From: Desulfosudaceae bacterium
Lineage (GTDB): Bacteria > Desulfobacterota > Desulfobacteria > Desulfobacterales > Desulfosudaceae
Assembly: GCA_963674745.2 (NCBI GenBank)
Contig: CAXXDV010000003.1
Coordinates: 2,272,001-2,336,000 of the forward strand
Direction: 5' to 3'
DNA: 64,000 bases
The translations under genes and the position numbers were made by a program. The notes under the pieces were generated by a model. The model was not told where the DNA came from and did not search any database. It saw nothing but the letters and a program-made list of their open reading frames with translations. Positions 1 through 10,812 of the stretch are shown here, one piece after another (position 1 is the first letter of the stretch; each line of letters opens with the position of its first letter).

Positions 1-287
1 CCGGTGCTGATGGATTTAATCACTCCTTCTAAAACCGCATCCGCTTTCTCCTTCTCCACAAGACTGCCGGCGCGGCGCCGGGTAAACTCCTGAACCATGC
101 TGTTGGTAAAATCGTTTTCAATACCCAGCAGAGAAGACCTGTTTTCAAACACCGACACAAAAACCGTATCAACTTCTTCGGGCAGATCCCCCTTCTGCGC
201 AAACCGGTATCCGCAAGCGGATATGGCGCAAGAGATAAAGAGGCTCAGGGAAATTATCCCCCAAATTTTAGTTGTTCGCATTCGCAT
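1..287 (-). CDS. lptE: LPS assembly lipoprotein LptE (3' end outside window)
   Basis: Manual translation from ATG at 287: MRMRTTKIWGIISLSLFISCAISACGYRFAQKGDLP...VFENRS...; lipobox SAC-GY(R)F; lies directly downstream of leuS, the usual position. Confidence 0.8.
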   Translation of the reverse strand, partial: MRMRTTKIWGIISLSLFISCAISACGYRFAQKGDLPEEVDTVFVSVFENRSSLLGIENDFTNSMVQEFTRRRAGSLVEKEKADAVLEGVIKSIST

Positions 288-323
288 ATTTGGTTTTATC
301 CATGCTGCACCTGCAAGAATCAC

Positions 324-453
324 GTAGGGGCAACCCCCTGTGGTTGCCCTTTGCCGGGCAGGCACGGGGGCCTGCCCCTACATTATACATGAGCACCCAC
401 CCCGGTCCGTAGGGGTGCCCTTTTACCGGGCGGCCACAGGGGGCAGCCCCTGC
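324..453. repeat. GTAG-family REP doublet(s)
   Basis: GTAGGGGCAACCCCCTGTGGTTGCCC...GGGCAGGCACGGGGGCCTGCCCCTAC plus a degenerate second unit; same units recur at 19.4, 35.3 and 42.6 kb. Confidence 0.85.
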
Positions 454-455
454 AA

Positions 456-3047
456 CTATGCCTGGACAACGATGTTGACCAGCTTCTCGGGCACCACAAT
501 CACCTTTCTGACAGCCTTATCCCCGATGAATTTCTGGACCGGCTCACAGGCCAGGGCCAACTTTTCAAGCGTCTGTTTGTCGGTATCCGGAGCGGCCATA
601 AATTTCCCCCGCAGTTTGCCGTTGACCTGGACCACGATCAACTTTTCGTCCAGGGCCAGGGCGGCTTCCTGATGTTCCGGCCAGGGAGAGCGGAGAATAC
701 TCTCCTGGTTACCGAAAAAGGCCCATATCTCCTCGGCAAAATGAGGTGTAATGGGTGAAAGCAGCATGGCCAGGGTCTGGATTACCAATTTCATTACCTG
801 ACGGGTTTCGGGTATGCCGTCATCCTCGATACCGTAGGCTTCGTTCACCAGCTCCATCACAGCACTGATGGCGGTATTGAAATGGAACCGCTGGTCAAAC
901 TCCACCGACACTTTTTTGATGGTCTGATGCATCTTGCGGTAAAGGCTATGCAGCCGGGGTGACAGGTCCTCTTTTTCCCCTTTAAAAACGTCCGCGGATT
1001 TGATCGTTTCCATCCAGATGGACGAAAGCCGCCAGACCCGGTTCATGAAGCGATAGGCACCCTCCACCCCCTGGTCGCTCCACTGCAGCGCCTCTTCAGG
1101 AGGAGAAACAAACAGGCAGAACAGCCGGGTAACATCAGCCCCGTACCGGTCCAGCAGAAAATTCGGATCCACCACGTTTTTCTTGGACTTGGACATTTTC
1201 TCCACCCGCCCGAAAACCACCGGCTGACCGCAGTGAGCGCACACACTTTGTTCGTCTTCACCGGTCGCTTCTTCGGGGTAAAGAAAACCATGTTCCGGAC
1301 AGGAGGCCGTTTCCTTGCACACCATTCCCTGCGTCAGCAGATGGGTAAACGGCTCTTTGAAATCAACCAGCCCCAGCGCATTCAGCACGCGTGTAAAATA
1401 CCTGGAATACAACAAATGCAGTACCGCGTGTTCGACCCCGCCGATATACTGATCCGCGGGCATCCAGTAGTCCACGGCATCTTTCTCAAACATGGCCTCC
1501 GTGCAGTCCGGACTGCAATACCGCAGGTAATACCAGGAGGAATCGACAAAAGTGTCCATGGTATCGGTTTCCCGCCGGGCCTGGCCGCCGCACCCGGGGC
1601 AGGTCGTCCGGACAAAGCTGTCCAGCACCGGCAGCGGTGATTTACCGCCTTCCAGCAGGTCGGCGTCTTCAGGCAGCACCACCGGCAAATCCTTGTCCGG
1701 GACCGGAACAATACCGCATGTTGGGCAATGGATCATGGGAATCGGGGCGCCCCAGTAACGCTGCCGGGAAATCCCCCAGTCACGCAACCGGTAACTGACC
1801 GTCTTTTTGCCGATGCCCTTTTCTTCCAGGCGGGCGGCAATGTCATCCAGGGCCTGCCGGTTGTCTAAACCATCGAATTCACCTGAATTGACCAGCCGGC
1901 CCGGTCCGGTATAGGCCTCGGTCATTTCCCCGGCCGTCAATGATTCGTCTTCGGGATTAATGACCACGATCACGTCCAGCCCGTATTTTTTGGCAAATTC
2001 GAAATCGCGCTGGTCATGAGCCGGCACACTCATAACCGCACCGGTACCGTACTCCATCAGGGCAAAATTGGCCGTGTAGACCGGCATGCGCCGGCCGGTG
2101 AAAGGGTTGAGACACCAGGCGCCGGTAAAGACGCCTTCTTTCTCGTACGACTCTATGGTCTTGCTGGTGCGATCGGTGGCCGCCATTTTCTCTACGAACA
2201 GGCGCACCGCCTCTTCCTGATCGGTCCCGGCGGCCAGTTGCTCCACCATGGGATGTTCCGGGGCCAGGCACATAAAGGTCGCCCCGAAAACCGTATCCTG
2301 GCGGGTCGTAAAAACAGGCAGAACCTCATCGCTGCCCTCTACGGGAAAACGAATTTCCGCGCCCATGCTTTTACCGATCCAGTTTTTCTGCATGGTCAAC
2401 ACTTTTTCGGGCCAGCCGGGCATTCGCTCACAATAGGTCAGCAGGTCTTCGGCAAAGTCTGTTATCCTGAAAAACCACTGGGGCAATTTCTTCTGCTGTA
2501 CCGGTTTGCCGCAACGCCAGCAGGCACCGGCCTCCACCTGCTCATTGGCCAGCACGGTGGCACATTTATCGCACCAGTTAACATAGGATTCCTTGCGATA
2601 GACCATGCCCTTTTCATACATCCTGACAAACAGCCACTGCTCCCAGCGGTAGTATTCAGGATCGCAGGTGGCGATTTCCCGGCGCCAGTCATAGCTGAGC
2701 CCCATGCGCTTGAGCTGGGAACGCATGTAGTCGATGTTCTCCCGGGTCCACTGTGACGGATGGGTATTATTGGCAATGGCCGCGTTTTCCGCGGGCATGC
2801 CGAAAGCATCCCAGCCCATGGGATGAAGCACGTTGTATCCCCGCATTCTTTTAAAGCGGGCGATTACATCGCCGATGGTATAGTTACGGACATGCCCCAT
2901 ATGTATTTTGCCGGAAGGATAGGGGAACATTTCAAAAAGATAATACTTTTTACGGCCCTGTTCCTCGGCAACGGAAAAAAGACCTTTTTCCTCCCAGAAA
3001 GACTGCCACTTTTCTTCAATCGCCTTGAAGGGATATTTGTCCTCCAT
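456..3047 (-). CDS. leuS: Leucine--tRNA ligase
   Basis: [13 protein letters not shown] (HIGH) and KMSKS motifs, 863 aa. Confidence 0.98.
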   Translation of the reverse strand: MEDKYPFKAIEEKWQSFWEEKGLFSVAEEQGRKKYYLFEMFPYPSGKIHMGHVRNYTIGDVIARFKRMRGYNVLHPMGWDAFGMPAENAAIANNTHPSQWTRENIDYMRSQLKRMGLSYDWRREIATCDPEYYRWEQWLFVRMYEKGMVYRKESYVNWCDKCATVLANEQVEAGACWRCGKPVQQKKLPQWFFRITDFAEDLLTYCERMPGWPEKVLTMQKNWIGKSMGAEIRFPVEGSDEVLPVFTTRQDTVFGATFMCLAPEHPMVEQLAAGTDQEEAVRLFVEKMAATDRTSKTIESYEKEGVFTGAWCLNPFTGRRMPVYTANFALMEYGTGAVMSVPAHDQRDFEFAKKYGLDVIVVINPEDESLTAGEMTEAYTGPGRLVNSGEFDGLDNRQALDDIAARLEEKGIGKKTVSYRLRDWGISRQRYWGAPIPMIHCPTCGIVPVPDKDLPVVLPEDADLLEGGKSPLPVLDSFVRTTCPGCGGQARRETDTMDTFVDSSWYYLRYCSPDCTEAMFEKDAVDYWMPADQYIGGVEHAVLHLLYSRYFTRVLNALGLVDFKEPFTHLLTQGMVCKETASCPEHGFLYPEEATGEDEQSVCAHCGQPVVFGRVEKMSKSKKNVVDPNFLLDRYGADVTRLFCLFVSPPEEALQWSDQGVEGAYRFMNRVWRLSSIWMETIKSADVFKGEKEDLSPRLHSLYRKMHQTIKKVSVEFDQRFHFNTAISAVMELVNEAYGIEDDGIPETRQVMKLVIQTLAMLLSPITPHFAEEIWAFFGNQESILRSPWPEHQEAALALDEKLIVVQVNGKLRGKFMAAPDTDKQTLEKLALACEPVQKFIGDKAVRKVIVVPEKLVNIVVQA

Positions 3048-3127
3048 TTATGTACTGCCCTCCACATTCAACTCAATCATTATTAAGGGTTCAAGGATTC
3101 AAGAGAACATCGCTTTTCATCAACGAC

Positions 3128-4585
3128 TCAACTTTTATCCCCATGTTCCTCTTTTACGGCATTGATGATCCCGGTCGTACTGACCCCTTCCTTGAGCGGC
3201 ACCAGGCAGACTTTTCCGCCATACTGTTCCACCTCGTCCCGACCGACCACCGTCTCCAGGCTGTAATCGCCGCCCTTGACCAGGACATCGGGTTTAAACG
3301 CCTCGATCAACGCCAGCGGCGTATCCTCGGAAAAAATCACCACCATATCCACGCAACCGATGGCCGTCAACAATGCGGCGCGTTCCTTTTCAGGAAGTAC
3401 CGGGCGGGACACGCCCTTCAGTTGCCTTACCGAATCATCGGAATTGATGCCGACGATCAGGCGTTCTCCCTGGGCAGCCGCGGCATGAAGCAACCTGACG
3501 TGTCCGGTATGCAGCAAGTCAAAGCAACCGTTGGTAAACACAACCCGCTTGCCTTCCCGGCGCCAGAGGGTGACCATCTTTTCCGCGTCATCCCGGGAGA
3601 ATATCTTCCCGTCCGAGGCCCGGCCCCTCCCCCGGATGGCCGCCTCAAGCTCGACAATGGTCACCGGGCTGGTACCCACTTTCTGGACCACCACACCGGC
3701 CGCGCAGTTGGCCAGAACGGCCGCCTCGCTGATAGGCATACCACAGCCGAAAGCCGCGGCCACAACGCTGACCACCGTATCTCCGGCGCCTGACACATCA
3801 AACACATCCCTGGCTTCGGTGGGAATATGCAGGGGTTCGGAGTCCCGGCCAAAAAGCGACATCCCCCGGTCGCCCCTGGTAACCAGCAGGTTGTCGAGAT
3901 GATACTGTTTGATGACCGCCTCAGCCTGTGCCGAAAAACGGTTTTCGTCATCCACCGATGCGGCACTGATAGCCGTGAATTCGGCGGCATTGGGGGTAAT
4001 ACAGGTGGCCCGTGCATACCGTGACCAGTCTTTTCCCTTGGGATCTACAAAAACGGGCACACCGGCGGCCGTGCAACGCGAGATAAAAACTTCGGCCAGG
4101 CCGTCTGTTAACAGTCCCTTGCCGTAATCCGAGAGAATGACCACATCCACCCGTGAAACAAGACGCTCAAAATCGGCCAGCAACCGGTCACTGCCCGGCG
4201 CTTCCGCCGGCCACCGACGTTCTTCATCAAGACGGACCAGTTGCTGCTTTTGTCCCAGGACACGGGTTTTGGTCGTCGTGATATGCGCCCCGTCCACCAT
4301 CAGGTGCTCATCAATATTGTTTTCCGCCAGCATCCGGACAACATGCTCACCGGCTGAATCATCTCCCCGCACACCGATCAGAGAAACACGGCATCCCAGG
4401 CCGGCCAGGTTTAAAGCCACGTTGCCCGCCCCGCCCAGAAGGTATGTCTTCTTTTTTACATTAACCACCGGCACCGGTGCTTCCGGTGAAATCCGGCCGA
4501 CTTCACCCCAGTAATAAACATCCAGCATGACATCACCGGCCACCAGAACCCGACAGGATGAAAAATCCGGACAATAAACCGTCAT
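3128..4585 (-). CDS. hldE: Bifunctional heptose-7-phosphate kinase / heptose-1-phosphate adenylyltransferase
   Basis: GDVMLD..RISPEAPVP, DVSGAGDTV kinase motifs; FTNGCFDLLHTGH nucleotidyltransferase motif. Confidence 0.95.
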   Translation of the reverse strand: MTVYCPDFSSCRVLVAGDVMLDVYYWGEVGRISPEAPVPVVNVKKKTYLLGGAGNVALNLAGLGCRVSLIGVRGDDSAGEHVVRMLAENNIDEHLMVDGAHITTTKTRVLGQKQQLVRLDEERRWPAEAPGSDRLLADFERLVSRVDVVILSDYGKGLLTDGLAEVFISRCTAAGVPVFVDPKGKDWSRYARATCITPNAAEFTAISAASVDDENRFSAQAEAVIKQYHLDNLLVTRGDRGMSLFGRDSEPLHIPTEARDVFDVSGAGDTVVSVVAAAFGCGMPISEAAVLANCAAGVVVQKVGTSPVTIVELEAAIRGRGRASDGKIFSRDDAEKMVTLWRREGKRVVFTNGCFDLLHTGHVRLLHAAAAQGERLIVGINSDDSVRQLKGVSRPVLPEKERAALLTAIGCVDMVVIFSEDTPLALIEAFKPDVLVKGGDYSLETVVGRDEVEQYGGKVCLVPLKEGVSTTGIINAVKEEHGDKS

Positions 4586-5160
4586 GGCGTCGTCCCCTTT
4601 TCCCGGTTCATTTCCTCAATAACCCCCGCAAAATAATGAAGAATCAGTATATGCGCTTCCTGGATCCGGGCCGTATTGTCGGACGGCACGATAATGACAT
4701 GCTCGGCGCGGTCCTTCATCCGTCCGCCATCGCGGCCGCAGAGGGCGATCCTTTCCAGGCCGAGCTGCCGGGCAAGATCCAGGGCGCTGATGATATTGGC
4801 GGAGTTTCCGGAAGTCGATATGCCCACCAGTGCGTCTCCGGGACCGGCCAGTGCGCCCAGTTGCCGTGTAAACACACTGTCATAGGCGTAATCATTGGTC
4901 ACGGCTGTCAGGATCGAAGTGTCGGTGGTCAGGGCAACGGCCGGGAACGGACGCCGCTCTGCTTCAAAACGACCGATCAGTTCCGCCGCAAAATGCTGGG
5001 CATCGGCTGCCGAACCGCCGTTGCCGCAGACGAATATACGACCACCACCGGCGATGATCCCTGCCAGTGAGCGGGCGGCACCGTCGACAGCGTCATTTAT
5101 TCCGGCCAGACGGTCAATACAGGCCTGGTGATCTTTGATGATATTTTTAAAACTTGGCAT
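4582..5160 (-). CDS. gmhA: D-sedoheptulose-7-phosphate isomerase
   Basis: CGNGGSAADAQHFAAEL, STSGNS, RIQEAH motifs. Confidence 0.95.
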   Translation of the reverse strand: MPSFKNIIKDHQACIDRLAGINDAVDGAARSLAGIIAGGGRIFVCGNGGSAADAQHFAAELIGRFEAERRPFPAVALTTDTSILTAVTNDYAYDSVFTRQLGALAGPGDALVGISTSGNSANIISALDLARQLGLERIALCGRDGGRMKDRAEHVIIVPSDNTARIQEAHILILHYFAGVIEEMNREKGTTP

Positions 5161-5170
5161 CTTTTTTTTC

Positions 5171-6139
5171 CTAAAGATAGGGATCCGTTGCCTGCAGATA
5201 ATTTTTTACGTAATCGGCCACCGCATCTTCAAGGCCCGTAAACGCGACCGGACAACCCCGGCCGGACAGGCGTTTCATTTCCGCCTCGGTGAAATACTGA
5301 TAACGATCCCGAAGTATTTCCGGCATATCAATATACTCGATCCGCGGTGACATATCCATGGCCGAAAAAACCGCTTTGGCCAGATCGTTCCAGGTCCTGG
5401 CCCGGCCTGTGCCGATGTTATAAAGCCCGGTTACGTCCTGATTCTCCAGCAACCAGCTGATGATACCGGCGCAGTCTTTGACATACACAAAATCCCTTTG
5501 CTGTCCACCGTCCTCGTATTCCGGGCGGTAAGACTTGAACAGCCGGATGGTGCCTTCCGCGCCCACCTGAGCGAAGGCTTTGACCACAACACTGCGCATA
5601 TCGCCTTTATGATACTCATTGGGACCGAAAACATTAAAGAATTTAAGACTCACCAGCCGGTCAAGGAAATTGTGGCGACGCGCCCAGACATCAAACAGCT
5701 GTTTGGAATAACCGTACATGTTCAAGGGGACCAGTTGGTCAAGCGATTCCGCGTCATCGGAAAAACCCCGACTGCCGTCTCCATAGGTGGCGGCACTGGA
5801 CGCGTTGATAAACCGGATATTCCGGTAGACCGCGTACTGGGCCAGACGCCGGGAATAGTGGTAATTGTTTTCCATCAGATAATCGGCGTCATTTTCGGTG
5901 GTGGAAGAGCAGGCGCCCATATGAATGATGGCCTCGATATTATCGATTTCGCCGTTCAGTAATCTATCTAAAAATACTTTTTTATGCATATAGTCCAGAT
6001 AGCGCCGGTTGACCAGGTTCTTCCACTTGTCCGATGTGCCCAGATGGTCGACCACCAGGATATCCTCCCGGCCGGCCTCATTCAATTTCCAGATGACGGC
6101 ACTGCCGATGAAACCGGCGCCGCCTGTTACGATTATCAT
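5171..6139 (-). CDS. hldD: ADP-L-glycero-D-manno-heptose 6-epimerase
   Basis: VTGGAGFIGS, HMGACSSTTE, YGYSK, FNVFGPNEYHKG. Confidence 0.95.
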   Translation of the reverse strand: MIIVTGGAGFIGSAVIWKLNEAGREDILVVDHLGTSDKWKNLVNRRYLDYMHKKVFLDRLLNGEIDNIEAIIHMGACSSTTENDADYLMENNYHYSRRLAQYAVYRNIRFINASSAATYGDGSRGFSDDAESLDQLVPLNMYGYSKQLFDVWARRHNFLDRLVSLKFFNVFGPNEYHKGDMRSVVVKAFAQVGAEGTIRLFKSYRPEYEDGGQQRDFVYVKDCAGIISWLLENQDVTGLYNIGTGRARTWNDLAKAVFSAMDMSPRIEYIDMPEILRDRYQYFTEAEMKRLSGRGCPVAFTGLEDAVADYVKNYLQATDPYL

Positions 6140-6416
6140 CTATCTCTCCGAAATTTTGATTCAATATACCCACTCCGGTCCGGTTCTCACTAAAAAAAAC
6201 CGTTCAAGAGGTGGATTGGACGCAAAACCCCTGCATTGCTTTTGGTGATTGTTGCCATAAACACCTGAAAAAGGCAATACCGGCCGTTATTTTTCCGCAT
6301 TCGACAAGACTGTTTGAAAAAGCAATTGACTTGCCTCGACAAATCTCATATTTATTCTCTAAAGTTACAATCTAATGTTTTTATGGAATAATCAGGCTGA
6401 AACACAGGACATATAA

Positions 6417-7877
6417 ATGAGCGCCAAAATTCTGATTAATGCTGTTGATACGGAAGAATGTCGAATCGCCCGGGTTAAAGACAACCGCCTGGACGAATTC
6501 CATCTGGAAACAGCCGCCCGGGCAACAACAAAAAGCAATATTTACAAAGGGATCATTGCCAGGGTGGAGCCGTCCCTCCAGGCCGCGTTTGTCGATTATG
6601 GTGAGGACCGGCACGGATTTCTCCAGAAACAGGAAATCCACAGCGATTATTTCCAACACGGTGATATCGGTGCGCCCATACAGAACCTGATCAAAACCGG
6701 CCAGGAAATGCTGGTTCAGGTCACCCGTGACCCGCTGATGAATAAAGGTGCCGCCATTACGACCTTTCTGTCCATCCCCGGCAGATACTGCGTGCTGATG
6801 CCGGGCAGCAACACCATCGGTGTTTCCAAGCAGATCAACGATGATGACGAGCGCAAACGGCTCAAAGAAATCCTGGGAAAGATATCGATACCCGACAATA
6901 TCGGTGTCATCATGCGTACCGCTGCAAAAGAGGCCACCAAAACGGTTATATCAAATGATATCCGTTATCTCCTCCGGCTCTGGAAAAACATCAAAAAAAA
7001 GGGCATCGACACCCCTGCACCGGCCCCCCTGCATAAAGAACGCAACCTGGCGGTACGGGTCATCCGCGACTACCTGACCGCCGACATCACGGAAATCCTG
7101 ATCGACGAACCGTCTGTTTTCCAGGAAGTCAAAGATTTTGTTAACATTGTTTCACCCAAACACGCCAAGATCGTCAAGTTTTACAACGGCAGTCGACCGC
7201 TGTTCACCAAGCACCAGCTTGAAGAACAAATTGAATCCATTTTTAACAAATCCGTCAAACTGCCCTCAGGCGGTTCTATTGTTCTGGACCAGACGGAAGC
7301 CATGGTGGCGATTGATGTCAATTCAGGAAAATCAAAACAGGGGGCTTCCATTGAAGAGACAGCCGTCCAGACCAACCTGGAAGCCGCTGAAGAGATTGCC
7401 CGGCAATTGCGTTTAAGAGATCTGGGCGGGCTGGTCGTCATTGATTTTATAGACATGAAAACACGCGCCCATAACTCGTCCGTTGAAAAATGCCTTAAAG
7501 CCAACCTTAAAAACGATAAGGCCAGAACCCGGGTCGGCTCTATTTCACGGTTCGGCCTGCTGGAAATGTCGCGGCAGCGAATAAGACAGTCCCTGGAGAC
7601 GTCCACGTTTGTCAGTTGTAACCAATGCAGGGGCAAAGGATACGTGTTGGCGGCCGACAAACTGGGAATTCGTTTTATGCGAAAGCTTCAATTGGAAACC
7701 CTCAAAAAAAGCGGTTCCCATATCACCGGCCTGGTCCCCATGGAAGTGGCGGAATATATTTTAAACCGCAAAAAAAGCGAGCTTCTGGAACTGGAAACCC
7801 GGCGCGGCCTGACCATCACCATCAAAGGGGACGCGTCCATACCCCGGGATGAGAGCAAAATCCACTGGCAGACATAA
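6417..7877 (+). CDS. Rne/Rng family ribonuclease
   Basis: S1 domain, AIDVNSG, LRLRDLGGLVVIDFIDM, CxxC Zn-link; lacks a long C-terminal scaffold. Confidence 0.9.
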   Translation: MSAKILINAVDTEECRIARVKDNRLDEFHLETAARATTKSNIYKGIIARVEPSLQAAFVDYGEDRHGFLQKQEIHSDYFQHGDIGAPIQNLIKTGQEMLVQVTRDPLMNKGAAITTFLSIPGRYCVLMPGSNTIGVSKQINDDDERKRLKEILGKISIPDNIGVIMRTAAKEATKTVISNDIRYLLRLWKNIKKKGIDTPAPAPLHKERNLAVRVIRDYLTADITEILIDEPSVFQEVKDFVNIVSPKHAKIVKFYNGSRPLFTKHQLEEQIESIFNKSVKLPSGGSIVLDQTEAMVAIDVNSGKSKQGASIEETAVQTNLEAAEEIARQLRLRDLGGLVVIDFIDMKTRAHNSSVEKCLKANLKNDKARTRVGSISRFGLLEMSRQRIRQSLETSTFVSCNQCRGKGYVLAADKLGIRFMRKLQLETLKKSGSHITGLVPMEVAEYILNRKKSELLELETRRGLTITIKGDASIPRDESKIHWQT

Positions 7878-7937
7878 CCTGCTGGAACGACCATTTTTGC
7901 TTCAAAACGACCATCAATACAAAAAAAGGGAAAAGCC

Positions 7938-8753
7938 ATGTCTGAGCAATCGACGGAAAACAGTATTGGCCGTTCACCCTGGGCGGCTGCCGTGGTGGTC
8001 GGCATTCTGGCCGTTGCCGCTGTATTTGCCCTGTTTTTCTTTTTTTCAGGTCGCGAGCAGCCGGAGACACAGACACTGTTAAAAGAAACCAAACCGGCCG
8101 CCTCTCCGGCCGAAAAACCCGGGCAAACACCTGTTGTTGATTTCAACCACCTGGATGAGGATATGACGCTTCGGCAGGAAATGGACAAAAGAAAAGAAAA
8201 ATACGGTATCAATGAAGCGCTTGATCTGGTGGTCCGGGAGGACGAAGCCGTTAAAGTAGGCGATGCCACCATTTCCATGGAAACCATCCGGGAGAAATCA
8301 GACCTTAAAAAAGGTTGGGTTGTTGAAAAAGACTTGCAAAATAACCGTTCAGTCAATAAAGAAAGTGTGGCGGAGTACGGCATACATGTGGTACAACCCG
8401 GTGAAAATATCTGGGACATTCATTTCGCTTTGTTGAAGGACTATTTTGCGGGAAAAGGAATTGACCTTTCACCGCTGGCTGATGAGCCGCAGAAAAACGG
8501 TACCAGTTCGGGTGTGGGGAAAATTCTCAAGTTTTCCGAAAACATTGTTACGATTTATAACCTTAAAGAAAACAAATTGGAGATTGACTTGAACAACATT
8601 CAACCATTAGAACGGATTGTCGTTTACCGTATGGATGGTGTTTTCAGTCTCCTGGATCAAATCGACTATAAAGACATAAAAAAACTGGCCTTTGACGGCC
8701 GAACGCTGTGGGTTCCGGCGGAAACTCCGGCATTACCGGCATTAAACGAATAG
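7938..8753 (+). CDS. Membrane-anchored hypothetical protein with LysM-like segment
   Basis: N-terminal TM helix; YGIHVVQPGENIWDI resembles a LysM start. Confidence 0.6.
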   Translation: MSEQSTENSIGRSPWAAAVVVGILAVAAVFALFFFFSGREQPETQTLLKETKPAASPAEKPGQTPVVDFNHLDEDMTLRQEMDKRKEKYGINEALDLVVREDEAVKVGDATISMETIREKSDLKKGWVVEKDLQNNRSVNKESVAEYGIHVVQPGENIWDIHFALLKDYFAGKGIDLSPLADEPQKNGTSSGVGKILKFSENIVTIYNLKENKLEIDLNNIQPLERIVVYRMDGVFSLLDQIDYKDIKKLAFDGRTLWVPAETPALPALNE

Positions 8754-8811
8754 GGTATCTCTAAAAAAGCAATTTTTAGAGGTGCCCGATAGAAACCGAG
8801 GGAGGGAAACA

Positions 8812-9195
8812 GTGTTTGTAGACATTGCACACGCCATGGGGCAGGCACCGGCCGGGGCTCAGGCGCCGGAAGGCAGCGGGTTGGCACTCTTTTTACAAAG
8901 CCCGTTGTCCATGATGATTCTCATCTTTGTCATCTTTTACTTTTTATTGATCAGGCCGCAAAACAAGAAAAACAAAGCCCATCAGGACATGCTCAACGCA
9001 TTGAAAAACGGTGACCGGGTGATTACCAACGGCGGTATTTACGGACGGGTCACCAAGGTTGAAGATGCCGTTGTTACGGTTGAAGTGGCCGACAGGGTAA
9101 GGATCAAGCTCTCCCGCCAGGCCATTGCCAGTCTTCAGGCCGGGGGGGCATCCGGCCAGGACGAATCAAAAAACACATCCGGCAAAAAGGAATAA
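8812..9195 (+). CDS. yajC: Preprotein translocase subunit YajC
   Basis: FYFLLIRPQ, LKNGDRVITNGGIYG; GTG start at 8812 after GGAGG. Confidence 0.92.
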   Translation: MFVDIAHAMGQAPAGAQAPEGSGLALFLQSPLSMMILIFVIFYFLLIRPQNKKNKAHQDMLNALKNGDRVITNGGIYGRVTKVEDAVVTVEVADRVRIKLSRQAIASLQAGGASGQDESKNTSGKKE

Positions 9196-9207
9196 GGATA
9201 AAAAGAC

Positions 9208-10782
9208 GTGAAAGACTCTCTGTGGAAACAATTATTGGTCGCAGGCGTACTGATTTGGGCCGTTATTATGGTGCTGCCCACGATAAATTCCGAGTGGTGG
9301 CCCCACAAAATCATCAATCTGGGGCTTGACCTTCAGGGCGGCATGCACCTGGTGCTGGAAGTACAGACTGAAAAGGCTGTCGAAGCGCAGATCACCGGCC
9401 ATGCCCAGTCGCTTAAAAGCGCGCTCAGGGAAAAACGTATCCGGCACACGGATGTTAACGCTCTGGGGGATAAAATCAAGATCACCGTCAGAGGGCAGGA
9501 GAATGTTGATGTCTTAAATGCCATACTGAAAAAGGATTTCAATGACCTCAAAACGGTATCGGCCAAACAACAGGATAACAAGCAGGAAATCATCCTGAGC
9601 CTGCCCGAGGACCGTGTCAAGGATATCAAGAAAATGGCCACCAGCCAGGCGCTGGAAACGATTCGCAACCGTATTGACGAATTCGGCGTCAGTGAACCAA
9701 GCATCCGCATCCAGGGCAAACGCCAGATCCTGATTCAACTGCCCGGGGTTACGGACACGGCCCGTGCCAAGGACCTGATCGGCAAGACAGCGCTGCTTGA
9801 ATTCAGGCTGGTGGATGAAGCGCATGACGTATCAAAAGCCCTTAAAGGCGATGTGCCGGCGGGTAGTGAGCTTCTGTACGAGATCAACCGGGATCCGGAA
9901 ACCGGCCTGTCGAAACGAATCCCCTACCTGATTAAAAAAGGCACCCCCCTGACGGGTGCGGACCTGGCCGACGCCCAGGTACGTATCGACGGCCGTTACA
10001 ACGAACCTTATGTGGGGCTGGAGTTTAACCGGAAAGGCGCCATTATTTTTGAAAAAATAACCGAAGAAAACCTGAAAAAACGGCTGGCCATCGTCCTTGA
10101 CAACCATGTCTATTCGGCACCGGTGATCCAGGACCGGATCAGCGGCGGGTCTGCCCAGATCACAGGCAGTTTTACGGATCAGGAAGCCCATGATCTGGCC
10201 ATTGTTTTGCGGGCCGGTTCTCTACCGGCGCCGGTGACCATTCTGGAAGAAAGGACCGTGGGGCCATCCCTGGGGCATGAATCAATCCGTAAGGGGCTGA
10301 TCTCAATGATCGTGGGCGGCATCATCGTGATTCTTTTCATGGCCGTATATTACAAAGGCGCCGGTTTGATCGCCGATTTCGCGCTGCTGGCCAACATTCT
10401 GCTCATCGCTGCCGGGCTGGCGGCCCTTCAGGCGACCCTGACCCTGCCGGGCATTGCCGGTATTATTCTGACCATCGGCATGGCGGTGGACGCCAACGTC
10501 ATTATCTTTGAACGCATCCGGGAAGAACTGCGCCTGGGGAAACCCGCGTATGCCGCCATGTCGGCTGGGTTTGACAGGGCCGCCCTGACGATTCTGGACG
10601 CCAATGTCACCACCCTGATCGCGGCCCTGGTGTTGATCCAGTTCGGCACCGGTCCGGTCCGGGGATTCGCGGTCACATTAAGTCTGGGGGTTGTGGCCAG
10701 TATGTTTACGGCACTGATCCTGTCCCGACTGGTTTTCGACTACATACTGATCAACCGGAAAATTAAAACATTAAGCATTTAA
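9208..10782 (+). CDS. secD: Protein translocase subunit SecD
   Basis: LGLDLQGG, RIDEFGVSEP, GMAVDANV. Confidence 0.97.
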   Translation: MKDSLWKQLLVAGVLIWAVIMVLPTINSEWWPHKIINLGLDLQGGMHLVLEVQTEKAVEAQITGHAQSLKSALREKRIRHTDVNALGDKIKITVRGQENVDVLNAILKKDFNDLKTVSAKQQDNKQEIILSLPEDRVKDIKKMATSQALETIRNRIDEFGVSEPSIRIQGKRQILIQLPGVTDTARAKDLIGKTALLEFRLVDEAHDVSKALKGDVPAGSELLYEINRDPETGLSKRIPYLIKKGTPLTGADLADAQVRIDGRYNEPYVGLEFNRKGAIIFEKITEENLKKRLAIVLDNHVYSAPVIQDRISGGSAQITGSFTDQEAHDLAIVLRAGSLPAPVTILEERTVGPSLGHESIRKGLISMIVGGIIVILFMAVYYKGAGLIADFALLANILLIAAGLAALQATLTLPGIAGIILTIGMAVDANVIIFERIREELRLGKPAYAAMSAGFDRAALTILDANVTTLIAALVLIQFGTGPVRGFAVTLSLGVVASMFTALILSRLVFDYILINRKIKTLSI

Positions 10783-10812
10783 TTACAATCCAGGGTTAAC
10801 AGGAAACGATCA

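Noticed and set aside
340..672. ORFs reading RAGTGACPY (also 19496, 42718)
   Set aside because: Translations of REP palindromes, not proteins.
2016..2756. Long antisense ORFs (also 3050-3793, 7688-8419, 25879-26709, 37523-38188, 41070-41828, 53210-53944, 54161-54916)
   Set aside because: Shadow frames of well-supported genes, with no recognisable motifs.
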